Positions 11,941 to 25,324 of a stretch of DNA of 64,000 bases are shown here, in pieces (position 1 is the first letter of the stretch; the number at the start of each line of letters is the position of its first letter). The DNA is taken from contig OX597826.1 in NCBI GenBank assembly GCA_951406725.2, positions 18,910,001 through 18,974,000 of the forward strand. The letters run 5' to 3'. Source of the DNA: Octopus vulgaris. Taxonomy: Eukaryota. The position numbers were made by a program, and so were the translations under genes. The notes below the pieces were generated by a model. The model had not been told where the DNA came from. It did not search any database and saw nothing but the letters and a program-made list of their open reading frames with translations.

Positions 11941-12213
11941 CGACGATGAAGAGGTGATGACGACAGAGACGATGGCTGCGTTGATAGAAGAGGCGGTCGC
12001 AATGATGGTGGTGCCTATGGCGATGGTGGAAGCGAGGGTGGTAGCGGTAGTGACGTTGATATTCTGCAGATATTCTGTAGATGTCGCCTAATGTTTTGTA
12101 ATGAAAAAGAATTTAAGATTCGATATAAAGAGAAAAGTATCTACATCGTAACATTAATATTTATTGATATTTAATTTCGTATTTGATTTACATACATACA
12201 TAAATGATTATAA

Positions 12214-12377
12214 GGCGTAGGAGTGGCTGTGTCGTAAGTAGCTTGCTTACCAACCACATAGTTCCGGGTTCAGTCCCACGTCGTGGTACCTTGGGCAAGT
12301 GTCTTCTACTATAGCCTCAGGCCGACCAAAGCCTTGTCAGTGGATTTGGTAGACGGAAACTGGAAGAAACTCGTCGT
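12214..12377 (+). mobile_element. tRNA-derived CORE-type SINE, 5' part
   Basis: A-box/B-box-like head (gtggctgtg..gggttcagtccc) and CORE-like accttgggcaagt. Confidence 0.85.
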
Positions 12378-12380
12378 ATG

Positions 12381-12448
<68 letters not shown>

Positions 12449-12450
12449 TA

Positions 12451-12498
<48 letters not shown>

Positions 12499-12554
12499 CG
12501 GTGCTAGAAACACCAGCGAAAATAATTAATTTTATTTTATCGCATTTTGAATTT

Positions 12555-12647
<93 letters not shown>

Positions 12648-12649
<2 letters not shown>

Positions 12650-13047
12650 CGGAGGAGTGGCTGTGTGGTAAGTAGCTTGTTTACCAACCACATGGTTCCG
12701 GGTTCAGTCCCACTGCGTGGCACCTTGGGCAAGTGTCTTCTACTATAGCCTTCGGATGACCAAAGACTTGTGAGTGGAAAGAAGCCCGTCGTATATATAT
12801 ATATATATATATATATGCGTGTGTATGTTTGTGTGTCTGTATTTGTCCCCCTAGCATTGCTTGACAACCGATGCTGGTGTGTTTATGTCCCCGTTACTTG
12901 GCGGTTCGGCAAAAGAGACCGATAAAATAAGTACTGGGCTTACAAAAGAATAAGTCCCGGGGTCGAGTTGCTCGATTAAAGGCGGTGCCCCAGTATGGCC
13001 GCAGTCAAATGACTGAAACAAGTAAAAGAGTAAAGAGTAAAGAGTAA
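12648..13047 (+). mobile_element. tRNA-derived CORE-type SINE, near full length
   Basis: Head, CORE motif, internal microsatellite, and tail ccagtatggccgcagtcaaatgactgaaacaagtaa(aagagta)n. Confidence 0.9.
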
Positions 13048-13168
13048 ATATATATATCACCGTGACCGACCAGGCTATCAGATGTTTCTACACATCGCTG
13101 GTCACAATGCGCTTCGCATTGTTTTAGCCTTCAAATGACACCACCCCGCTGGCTAAGCGAGCAGGCCA

Positions 13169-13222
<54 letters not shown>

Positions 13223-13289
13223 ATGTGTGTATGTATGTATGTATGCATGTATGTATGTATGTATGTATGTGTGTATGTATGTGTGTGTG

Positions 13290-13670
13290 TGTATGTTTGT
13301 GTGTCTCTGTTTGTCCCCCCCAACATCGCTTGACAACCGATGGTGGTGTGTTTACGTCCCCGTAAATTAGTGGTTCGGCAAAAGACACCGTTATAGTTAG
13401 TTAGTTAGTTAGTTAATTTGGCTCAAAAGCAAATAGCAAGGCCATGTAGGGGGACATGGAGTTAAGTACAGGGTGGTGTTCATGTAAGGAGTTCAGGCTA
13501 CTTGAGGTCCAGGGAGGCTTTGAACAAAGCGGTCGTCGGCATCTTCACCATCTCGTCTGGCAGTAAGTAAGTACTAGGCTTACAAAGAGTAAGTCCTGGA
13601 GTCGATTTGCTCGACTAAAGGCGATGCTCCAGCATGGCCACAGTCAAATGACTGAAACAAGTAAAAGAGT
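13290..13670 (+). mobile_element. CORE-type SINE 3' half interrupted by a LINE fragment
   Basis: SINE sequence stops at ~13390 and resumes at ~13565. Confidence 0.8.
13393..13563 (-). mobile_element. CR1/L2-group LINE 3' end with (TAAC)n tail
   Basis: Minus strand translates LPDEMVKMPTTALFKASLDLK, typical of a CR1/L2 ORF2 C-terminus. Confidence 0.65.
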
Positions 13671-13689
13671 ATATCAGTTAAGCATATAT

Positions 13690-13880
13690 GAGCCTGTCTA
13701 GATATGCAAGTATATGCATGAGAAGTCATACATATAACATAACATACAAATCTGCGCGTATTCATACAAAAATACTCTTTTGTTGATGTTGACATTCTAG
13801 GAAAGTAGCCTTGGATCTAGGTTAGAAACGGTTCTTTATTGGCAAGAAATCTTGAAATAAAACTGAATGACATACATACA
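13690..13880 (+). mobile_element. 3' UTR of the R4/Dong-like element ending in (CATA)n
   Basis: Begins like 9895-9950. Continues gccttggatctaggttagaaac...gaaataaaactgaatga(cata)n. A second copy is at 45420-45610. Confidence 0.65.
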
Positions 13881-13943
13881 TACATACATGTGTGTGTATG
13901 TGTGTGTGTGTGTGTGTGTGCGCGCGCATACATTCATACATAT

Positions 13944-14620
13944 CAGTGGTGGCTCGTGTATAGGCACTGTGGAACTGCAGCACCCACTATTTCCACTCAG
14001 TATAACGAGTCCTTTTTTTTAAAATTCTTTCTTTATACTTGTATAAAGCTTGTATCATTAAGCTTAATGTCAGTAGCCATCCCTAGTTTATTAAAAAAAT
14101 ACAAAAATCCTTGAATAGAACTGTGCGCTTCACAGTTCCAGTGATGTGGTGTTTGGCTGTTGTGCGCCTGGTCACATGTCCGAGATAGGAAGCTTCACAC
14201 TAGGAAGAGAGAGCACTGCGTGAACCGCAGTGCCGGGTTAAAAGTAGTGTTTCTTTTTTACTCTGCGTGTGTTGTGCTTAAAAACGTGTTTATATTCTTG
14301 AATATGATAAAGTTTAGAATTAGATTATTATCCTGGTTCCAGCTTCGGTGTTGCTGCCAGGATTTGAAAAATGGAGCACATTCCCACTATCACCTATTTT
14401 GTGATTTAGGCGGGATTTTTTAAAAACAAGGGGTAATTCCCAGTGGTGTTCAGTGAACAAATTAAACACACTACCCGGCAGTGGTTAAAACGCGAACCGA
14501 TCAAGTTTATGTATAAATTTTCTTTTTAAATGTTTGTTTCCTTTTACACAATATTAAAACAACGGCTAAAAATGTTCTGAATTAGTGCCCACCGCTAATT
14601 TTATCTACGAGCCGCCACTG
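13944..14620. mobile_element. hAT-type MITE
   Basis: TIRs CAGTGGTGGCTCGT / ACGAGCCGCCACTG. Imperfect 8-bp TSD atacatat/gtacatac. Confidence 0.8.
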
Positions 14621-14749
14621 GTACATACGTACATGTACAGTTATACGAACAAACCATACATTCATAGATGCATACATTCATACACACACATGTAATATAT
14701 ACATCTAATTTTGTATGCGCGCGCGTATAGATAGAATTAAACAGAAACT

Positions 14750-14785
<36 letters not shown>

Positions 14786-14798
14786 GGACGGACGGACG

Positions 14799-14846
<48 letters not shown>

Positions 14847-14847
14847 T

Positions 14848-14896
<49 letters not shown>

Positions 14897-15194
14897 CTGT
14901 ATTCTGTTTAATTATTAAACAATTATATGCTATAGGGGATGAACTGCGAACCAGCCGTGTTGCATGTAACTTTTGCCACGGGAAACATTAACCACGAAGG
15001 GTGAGAAGAGTCGTTTAACCTGCTTCACATTGGCTTCATCAGACTAAATGTCATGGAGTCGCCTCCCTTGGACTGTTAACACCGCAAACAGTCTTTTCAA
15101 AATTTTTGGCACATTAACGAAGTTTCATAAATGCATCAACAGACGGTTTCATATTGAGCAGGAGAGAGAGGGGAGAGAGAGAGAGAGAGAGGAT

Positions 15195-15245
<51 letters not shown>

Positions 15246-15379
15246 AGGCAGACAAACAAAGAAACAAAGATTGTTAGACCTTGGTGGATTTTTTTGCATA
15301 CATGCATAAAATCTACGAGTACGTGTGTTCATAATACATACATACATACATACGTACATTGTATATATATATATATATA

Positions 15380-15712
15380 TTCTTTTATCTTTTACTTGTT
15401 TCAGTCATTAGACTGTGGCCATGCTGGGGCATAGCTTTAAAAAATTTTACGACCCCGATACTTTTTTTTTTCTTAAGTATTGGTACTTGTTCTTTCGGTG
15501 ACTTTTGTAGAACCGCTTAATTACAGGGGCCTTAACACATTGGTTGTCAAGCGGGGTGGGGGATGGAAAACACACACACGTACACACACACACACACACA
15601 TCCCATTGGTTGGTCTGAGGTTATAGTAAAAGGCACTTGCCCTAGGTGTCACGCCGTGGGACTGAACGTGAAAGCATGAGGTTTGGCAAGCGAAGTTTGC
15701 CCCGCACAGCTA
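15380..15712 (-). mobile_element. CORE-type SINE, diverged
   Basis: Reverse-complement similarity to 12648-13047. Confidence 0.8.
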
Positions 15713-16098
15713 TATCCACGCGGTAAAGAAAATCGCTTTGCAGTTACGCGGTTCCAGGTTCCATCTCTAATACGGAGCATCTTTCACATGTTCTACCATC
15801 AACTTTTATTGAGCAAGGGCTTTATGCGTGAAATGTGGTTGACAGGAGCTATGCAGAAGCACACACACTTACACTTACACGCACATAAGCATACATGTAG
15901 TGTGCGTATTCGCGCCTGACTTTAATAGTCGTGTATAACTTGTAAATTTCGAGGAGTAAATATTTAAGGGGAAGTAACTCTTTAACGCAAAGCAACTGAA
16001 TGAACGAACTTGATATCCACAGATGAATAAAATTTGTCAGAATAACGGTTTTAAATGCACACACACGCACGCGTATACGTACACACACACATACATAC

Positions 16099-17125
16099 GT
16101 ATGTATGTATGTATGTATGTGTGTATGTATGTATGTATGTATTTATGTATGCATGTTTGTATGTATGTATGCATGTATGTATGTATGTAGTGTGTGTGTG
16201 TATGTATGTATGTATGTATGTGTGTATGTATGTATGTATGTATGTGTGTGTATGTATGTATGTATGTATGTATGTATGTATGTATGTATGTATGTATGTA
16301 TGTATGTATGTATGTATGTATGTATGTATGTATGTATGTATGTGTGTATGTATGTATGTGTGTATGTATGTATTTATGTATGTATGTTATGTATGTATGT
16401 ATGTATGTATGTATGTATGTATGTATGTATGTATGTATGTGTGTATGTATGTGTGTATGTATGTATGTGTGTATGTATGTATTTATGTATGTATGTAAGT
16501 ATGTATGTTTGTATGTATGTATGTATGTATGTATGTATGTATGTGTGTATGTATGTATGTATGTATGTATTTATGTATGTATGTTTGTATGTATGTATGT
16601 ATGTATGTATGTATGTATGTATGTATGTATGTGTGTATGTATGTATGTATGTATGTATGTAAGTATGTATGTATGCATGTGTGTATGTATGTATGTATGT
16701 ATGTATGTATGTATGTATGTATGTATGTATATATGTTTGTATGTATGTATGCATGTATGTATGTATGTATGTATGTATGTGTGTATGTATGTATGTATGT
16801 GTGTGTGTATGTATGTATGTATGTATGTATGTATGTATGTATGTATGTATGTATGTATGTATGTATGTATTTATGTATGTGTGTGTGTATGTATGTATGT
16901 ATGTATGTATGTATGCATGTGTGTATGTATGTATGTATGTATGTATGTATGCAAGTATGTATGTATGTATGTATGCATGTATGTATGTATGTATGTAAGT
17001 ATGTATGTATGTATGTATATATGTGTGTATGTATGTATGCATGTATGTATGTATGAATGTATGTATGTAAGTATGTATGTATGTATGCATGTGTGTATGT
17101 ATGTATGTATGTATGTATGTATGTA
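16099..17125. repeat. ~1 kb (TATG)n array
   Basis: Seen directly. Confidence 0.95.
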
Positions 17126-17692
17126 TCACGGTATTTTCTATCGATGCGACATGACGTAGCTAGGACACTCTATAATGAAATCCGTCAGAAGGATAATCCG
17201 GAGGACAAAGAAATAAGAACGCACAATATGGTAGAAGCCATAGCCACTCACAATGAAAAGGAGTACTGGTGGAATGTTCCGGTGAAGACCTCAATAAAAC
17301 GTAAGCACAACAGACCTGATATAACGACTTGGGATAGAGAAGGGAAACTGTGTTTGGTTGTGGAAATTAGCTGCCCAGCGGATGTTAACATAAAGCTGAA
17401 GATAAGTGTAAAAAAGGGAACACCTATGCTGAACTATTGAGGAATCTGCAGTTACTCTATCCAGATTACAAGTTCAGGTTTATACCTGTAATTATTGGAG
17501 GCCCTGGGATATGTAACACACTACCTAAATGCCAATCTTGAGAAATTAGGCTTCTCAAAACCAGAAAGGAGAAAGTTGATTCGAAGACTCCAGATCCAAT
17601 CCATCACTGGAAAACTTTCCAGAAGTTAATCATTTGTCTCGATATACAATTATATGCATGGGAATACATACATAAATATATACAAATCTGCA
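17126..17692 (+). mobile_element. REL-endonuclease non-LTR retrotransposon (R4/Dong-like), frameshifted endonuclease region
   Basis: Translates RHDVARTLYNE...YWWNVPV...HNRPDI..WD...CLVVEISCPAD.NI..K. These are the RHD / RPD / E / K motifs of a restriction-like endonuclease. Confidence 0.85.
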
Positions 17693-18424
17693 CATACATA
17701 CATACATACATGCATGCATACATACATACATGCATACATACATACATACATACATACATACATACATACATACATACATACATACATACATACATAAATA
17801 CATACATACATACATACATACATACATACATACATACATACATACATACATAAATACATACATACATACATACATAAATACATACATACATACATACATA
17901 CATACATACATACATACATACATAAATACATACATACATACATACATACATACATACATACATACATACATAAATACATAAATACATACATACATACATA
18001 CATACATACATACATACATACATAAATACATACATACATACATACATACATACATACATACATACATACATACATACATACATAAATACATACATACATA
18101 CATACATAAATAATACATACATACATACATACATACATACATACATACATACATAAATAATACATACATACATACATACATACATACATACATACATACA
18201 TACATACATAAATACATAAATACATACATACATACATACATACATACATACATACATAAATACATACATACATACATACATACATACATACATACATACA
18301 TACATACATACATACATACATAAATACATACATACATACATACATACATACATACATACATACATACATACATAAATACATACATACATACATAAATACA
18401 TACATACATACATACATACATACA
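17693..18424. repeat. (CATA)n array
   Basis: Seen directly. Confidence 0.95.
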
Positions 18425-18492
18425 ATGAATATGTATGTCTGTCTCTCTGTCTATCCATCTATCTATCCATCCATCTGTCTATCTATCTACCA

Positions 18493-18571
<79 letters not shown>

Positions 18572-19118
18572 CATCCCTCTGTCTGTCTGTCTATCCGAAT
18601 GTTTGTGTATGTTTGTGTGTTAATCGCTGACTTTATACATGTCACAGTCACAGTGATTAATTATTCGTGGCTCTATTATTTCTGTCAGTGGATCTTTGTA
18701 CTTTTAGTCGACTGCATCTTTAATCAGGGAACAAACCCAAAACTTCCGTTGCCCGATTTCCTCTCAAGCATTCAATATTAGTTTCAATAGAGGTTTCCAT
18801 TCTTTGTATGTGTGTGTGTATGCGCGTGCGTATGTATGTATGACCGTGTCTGTGTATGTATGTTTGTGTGTGCGTTTTTGTGTATGCGTTTGTGTGTGTG
18901 TGTGTGTGTGTGTGCTTATGTGAGTATATGTGTGTGATTGTGTATGTGCGTGTGTGTGTGTGTGTGTATGTGCGTGTGTGTGTGTGTGTGTGCGTATGTG
19001 TGTGCATGAGAGAGAGAGAGAGAAACTTTTCGGAAAATTTCTCAGTACTTATTCAACAAATGAGTTCGTATACAAGTGGGCCATAATATTAAACCTTTGT
19101 AGATTCGAAACATATAAT

Positions 19119-19218
<100 letters not shown>

Positions 19219-19539
19219 CACCACCACCACCACCACATTCCTGTTGTTCTTTATCTAACGAACTCGATTTGTCTTACCTGGGAAATAATCTACGGATTAG
19301 ATTTTTATCAGAAATAGGCCGCGATGTGCGTTTGAGAAGTTGGGATCGAATTTAAAGACAATTTACTTTACAAGTATGGCAGATCTTTAAAGTGAAGAAA
19401 CAAAGTGAATTGGGACGTGATTAAAACACGGGGAGAACCAGGCTCTGATACTCTCCGCTTTGAGGCAACACCATCGTCGATCTTGTATAAAATAATTGTT
19501 CTTGACATAAAACTTCTGCTTTTAATAAAATGAAATAAA

Positions 19540-19746
19540 GGTGTGGCTATGTAGTTAAGAAGCTTGCTTTGTAACCACCTTGTTTCGGGTTCAGTCCCAC
19601 TGTGCGGCACCTTGGGCAAGTTTCTTCTACGACAGCCCAAGGCCGACCAATGCCTTGTGAGTGAGTTTGATAGACGGACACTAAGTGGAAGCCCAACGTA
19701 TACACTCACGCACGCACACACACTCGCACACACTCACACACACATG

Positions 19747-19790
<44 letters not shown>

Positions 19791-20160
19791 AGGCGCGGTC
19801 CCAGGAATTTTTCCAAGGTGAGGCACAACGTCAGAGGAAATACAATTTCATGAGAAAAGAGCGTAATGACACTATTTAGAAGGGCGTACTTCTTTTCTCG
19901 AGGGGGGGGCACCCCATCCCCTCGGATCCGCTCCTGCGCGCACATTTATACGTACGTATTTATGTGTGTGTCTGTTTGTCCACCCGCCATCACTTCCCAA
20001 CTAGTATTGGTTTGTTTACGTGTCCGTAACTTACAGGTTCTGTAAAAGAGACAGGTAAAATAAGTACCAGACTTAAATAGAGAAAGAACTACTGGGGTCG
20101 ATTTACTCGGTTATAATCCTTCAAGGTCACAGGTCAATGGGGGGAAATAAGTCAAAGGAA
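19540..20160 (+). mobile_element. CORE-type SINE with nested MITE
   Basis: SINE head at 19540 and 3' half from ~19960. Confidence 0.8.
19790..19936. mobile_element. Short hAT-type MITE
   Basis: Imperfect TIRs CAGGCGCGGTCC / GGATCCGCTCCTG. Confidence 0.6.
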
Positions 20161-21425
20161 TAATAGAAGAAGAAGGATGGCGTGGGATTCATTGTGCTTT
20201 TCTTAAAACTATTTGGAACGTAAATGAAATTCATTGTAAAGCTGTAGCTGGTCGTGCATGTCGACAGAGTGGTTTCGGTTTGTTTTTTAACGGTGACAAT
20301 TGATATCTAATAATGTTACATTACATTAAGGAGTGGAACGCACAGTTTCCTGTAATTCAGGCCACCTCGTGGTCCCCAACGGACAAAATGGAAAAGGCGT
20401 TGCGTCGGGGGGATAGTGAGGGAGATGCACTGGGACAGCCACTCTAATTCAGGGAACTCGCACTTGCGAAATGCCATCTCTCAGCCCCGATAGCGGTGAG
20501 CAGGAATATGGTCCAGGGGGCGAAAACTCCGAGGTCTCCACTGCTACAGGCTCGACATTGTTCCAAAAGGATAATTTTAATAAATTGTAAAATTAGTTCA
20601 TCAAGAATTGACCTTCATTCAGTGGAATGGAAAGTAAAACTAAATTCATCCTCTGTTACATTTCAACTGTGAGTATCCCAGGAACTGTTTATTCATTGTA
20701 TTATAGAGTACATGGCTGAGTATTCCACAGATACTGGCACCTTAACGCAATCCTCGGACAAAATTTGAGAGACACAGTGTGGCAAAGTAGAACATTTGAC
20801 TTAAGGCAGAGTGTTCCATCCGATGGACTTCTACATCGGTTTCAGGCTTGGGCCGACTGGACGCCACCACAAAAGACGCTCGCTAAGGATGCCAGCCACT
20901 GAGGCTGAACTTGAGTCATCAAGATGGTGAAGCAAGCTTCTTGGCCACACGGTCATTTACACATTCGAGACTGACTCACTCGGCAGTGTCAGTGGAATGT
21001 CTTACATTGAAGAAAATGATATTAAATGAGCTTCGTACATTTCTGAAGAGCTTTAGTGACGTCAATGAAATACTGCCTCTACTTGAAAATCAAAAACGGG
21101 CTACAGTAACCCTCTTCTTCACATATGACAGTAAAAATATAATTTATGAATGGTAGATAGACATTGCTGATGGTGTTACAAGACAAATTTTTATATAGAA
21201 CAGTAGACATACTTAGTGACGTGTTACATTTGAAGTATTATTACTTTTATATAGAGCAAAGGAAATGTATAAGCGATAGAGTTGCAACATTCACCACGAT
21301 ATTACTAACTTTAATAAACAGTAGAGAGAGAGAGAGAGAGAGACAGCATTTATAAGAATGCTCTCCTTGTAGCGATAGACTTCGAACATTTATAACAATA
21401 CCGACTTTACACAGAACAGCAGATG

Positions 21426-21485
<60 letters not shown>

Positions 21486-21564
21486 GCAGTTACAACATTC
21501 AAAACAAAACATAACTCATTTGTACTGTTCGTAGAGTTACCGTCGAACTGTCTCGCTCTGTCTG

Positions 21565-21652
<88 letters not shown>

Positions 21653-22824
21653 CCTCACGCGCTTATATACCTATACACATACAAATAAATACATGCATAC
21701 ACATCCATAGACACGCATACATACCTACATATATATACATACCCATATATATATAGATATGTACACACATATTCATACATACACACATACATACACACAT
21801 TCATATACGTATATATACACACACACACACATACATACATACATACATACATACATACATACATACATACATACATACATACATACATACATACATACAT
21901 ACATACATACATACATTACTTATAATTCCAACTCCAGAATTTGAGGAAAAGGAATCTTTACTATTATGAATCAATTGCAGTGTGTTGAGAAGAGGAAGAG
22001 GAAGAGGAAGAGGAGGAGGAGGAGGAGGAGGAGAAGGAGGAGGAGGAGAAGAAGAAGAAGAAGAAGAAGAAGAAGAAGAAGAAGAAGAAGAAGAAGAAGA
22101 AGAAGAAGAAGAAGAAGAAGAAGAAGAAGAAGAAGAAGAAGAAGAAGAAGAAGAAGAAGAAGAAGAAAGCTGTTTATATAACCCCTACGACAGAAATATA
22201 AGAGGATCCTTTGTCAAACGTTGCCTATGAAATAAGTGTAGGTTTCCGAAAACCGGAAACCTTTTTTAAAAAATCGGCCATCTCTGGGTCAGTGCGGCCA
22301 CGTAACAAGAGATTTACTATATAATGTTAGACAATGCAGGGGTTTGTGACTTGGCTAATACTTGTTATTGTTGTTGGCTAATAGTTGTTGTTGTTGTTTA
22401 TGATGATGATGATGTTGCCGCTAGTGGTGTGTTGGTGATGGTGATGATGGTGGTGGTGGTGGTGGTGGTGGTGTTTGTGTTGACGATGTGATTGTTTTGT
22501 TTGTTGGAGTATTTTGAACAGTAGTTGCATAAAGATAGATGATATTCGTGATAAACAATGGAAATACTATCTCTCTACAATATGACACAAACAGACAGAG
22601 AGAAAAGTAAACTAAACAACGCCGATAACACGCGAGTGTGGGGTGGGTGGGTGGGAGTGTATGTGTGTGTGTATAAGGGAGGGGACAGAGATGGGCGGGG
22701 AGGCGTAACATTAATCCATAATTTTGCCAAAGAGCGAAGACATCCGTCTGTCTTGGAAGAAGATAATGATACGGTTACCACCTTGGTTGACATCTTCCTC
22801 TAATAATATATGTATCTTTTTTTT

Positions 22825-23019
22825 ATCTATCTTTTATGTTTTACTTGTTTCAGTCATTAGACTGCGGCCATGCTGGGGCACCGCATTCAAGAATTTTTGT
22901 CAGCTGAATCGACCCCAGTACGTTTTCTCTTCGAGCCTGGTACTTATTCTCTTTTGTTGAACCGCTAAATTACGGAGACGTAAATACACCAACAGCGGTT
23001 GCCAAGCGGTAGTAGGTGA

Positions 23020-23055
<36 letters not shown>

Positions 23056-23188
23056 GAGAAGGGCTTCATTCAGTTTCCGCCTACCAAATATACCCACGAT
23101 GGTGTGGTCGGCCTAAAGCTGTTGTAGAAGTCACTTGCTCAAGTTGCCCCGCTGTGGGGAGAAACTTGTGGTTGGGAAGCAAGTTTCT
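22825..23188 (-). mobile_element. CORE-type SINE
   Basis: Reverse-complement similarity to 12648-13047. Confidence 0.8.
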
Positions 23189-23409
23189 TCCCCCCACACA
23201 CACACTCACACACATAAATACACAAATGTACATATGCATACATGTGTGTGTGCGTGAGTGTATATGTCTGTATGTATCAAAGTGTTTACAATTATATTGA
23301 GTTAAGTCTTTCTTAGAGGTGTGTGTGTGTGTTGATATCTGATATAATATCGCCAACTAAAACAAACTTGGTGCTATGTCCAAATGCTGACTAAGCCAAT
23401 TGACACACA

Positions 23410-23715
23410 ACTGGCTCTCCGTCGGTTACGACGACAAGGGTTCCAGTTGATCCGATCAACGGAACTGCCTGCTTGTGAAATTAGCATGCAAGTGGCTGAG
23501 CACTCCATAGACACGCGTACTTTTAACGCAGTTCCCATGGAGATTCAGCGTGTCACAGAATGCGACAAAGCTGGCTCTTTGAATTACAGGTAGAACCTCT
23601 TTTTGCCAGCTGAGTGGACTAGAACAACGTGAAATAAAAAATCTTGCTCAAGGACAGAACGCGCCGCCAGGTATCGAACTGACGACCTTATGATCGTGAA
23701 CCGAATACTAAGCCG
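23410..23715 (-). mobile_element. Second tRNA-derived SINE family
   Basis: Minus strand has B-box gttcgatacc then gtccttgagcaagat. A related head is at 33729-33840 and a related fragment at ~20670-20800. Confidence 0.7.
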
Positions 23716-24014
23716 CATTTAGCTGAATAATATAGCTACAAGACTTCAATAAATATTACAGTTGATTTGATTGACCAAAAACTCCAAGGTGGTACTCCAG
23801 CCTGGCTGCAGTCAAACTTACGGGCCTATATATTTGTGTGGGGCGTGTATAATGATATATAGTGCACTATTAACGAATGAATTTACTATTTCACTTTCCC
23901 AGCGCCTGTAATGTTATGCAAATAAGAGATATTTGTTTAGTTGACCCAGGTTCCAGACACTATAAATAGCTTTGAGTTGTGTCTGATTCCCCTATAAATT
24001 CCTACACAATGCGT

Positions 24015-24315
24015 CTATTCAGCCATTCAACATGTACTCACAATGTCAGTGGTTTCATTCAAAATCTACACTGTCTAGCAACCCAGTCAATGTCTACACT
24101 ACGTCTATATATCCAGTCAATATTTCCACACTGTGTCTATGGATCCAGTCATCTACACGGTTTCGAGCTATCCATTGAGCATCTGCACACCGTGCTATGC
24201 TATCCATTTAACATCTACACACTGTGTCAAGCAAGCCATTCAATATCTATGCACTGCGTTTAGCTATCCATTAAGCATCTACATAACGTGACTATCTATC
24301 CAGCCAACATCTATA
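24015..24315. repeat. Degenerate 32-bp minisatellite (approx. ATCCAGTCAACATCTACACACTGTGTCTAGCT)
   Basis: About nine diverged units, several exactly 32 bp apart. Confidence 0.75.
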
Positions 24316-24542
24316 ATATCCCAGTGGACAGAAAATGTATCGTTTTTCTTTGATGGAAGATTAACAAAAAATCAGAGACTGGTCTGATCAATTCCGTATT
24401 CTGTCCAAAGAGAGATAGACCTGTGACATAACCGCTTTGTTTACCAACACAGCGGTGCTGAAGTGTATGGTTGTTAAGAAGGAATATCTTGTTTTACAAA
24501 GTATTCTAAAAAAATCTGTGCAGTACAATATCCATCTATCTA

Positions 24543-24590
<48 letters not shown>

Positions 24591-25080
24591 GGTGTGTATG
24601 TGTGTGTGCGTGTGTACATGTAAAGCAAGTGTAGTAATAAAGTTTTATGTTATTCATTATATCGTAAAGGTATTTCATTAACAATACCTGTAATATTAGG
24701 TAATAACTTAGAAACAGATTGTATCATCAAATCACCAGAAATTGCAGGATAAACATAAATAACTTTTAATTTATATAATAGACTCAGTATTATGGTATCA
24801 ACAAACTTACCATGTTGTAACACTACAACACCTAGACATCGTTTCAAACTATGAACTCAACATCTACGCACGGTATCTACCTAATCAACTCCTGAGCAAT
24901 ATTGCCTGTCTAGCCAACAACTACACTATGTTCTCTTTATCTAGCTAGCTAACCAATTATCAGTCACTCAGTTTGACTGCTTAATCAACATCTACTGGTT
25001 ATGTATCAGTCCAGTCAACATTTACGCACTATCTGTCTATCCATTTAACAACCACACGTTAAATAGATAGACTGTGTGCA

Positions 25081-25235
25081 CAGTCGTGGCCAAAAGTTTG
25101 TGACATTTTTTTTACAAATTAGAATTGTTACGCCCAAGTACAATTAGATTTAAATATATTCATCGTATATATTTGGGCATTTAATATAAAGGTTCTAATT
25201 TTCAGACCTATGTTCCAAACTTTTAGCCACGACTG
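25081..25235. mobile_element. Tc1-type MITE
   Basis: TIRs CAGTCGTGGCCAAAAGTTTG / CAAACTTTTAGCCACGACTG followed by TA. Confidence 0.85.
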
Positions 25236-25250
25236 TACACACAACCTATT

Positions 25251-25324
<74 letters not shown>

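Noticed and set aside
15005-15046. CUGAUGA on the minus strand as a hammerhead
   Set aside because: No GAAA after stem II and no stem I pairing.
24015-24315. CRISPR-like 32-bp periodicity
   Set aside because: The units are adjacent degenerate repeats with no unique spacers, in eukaryotic context with no cas genes.
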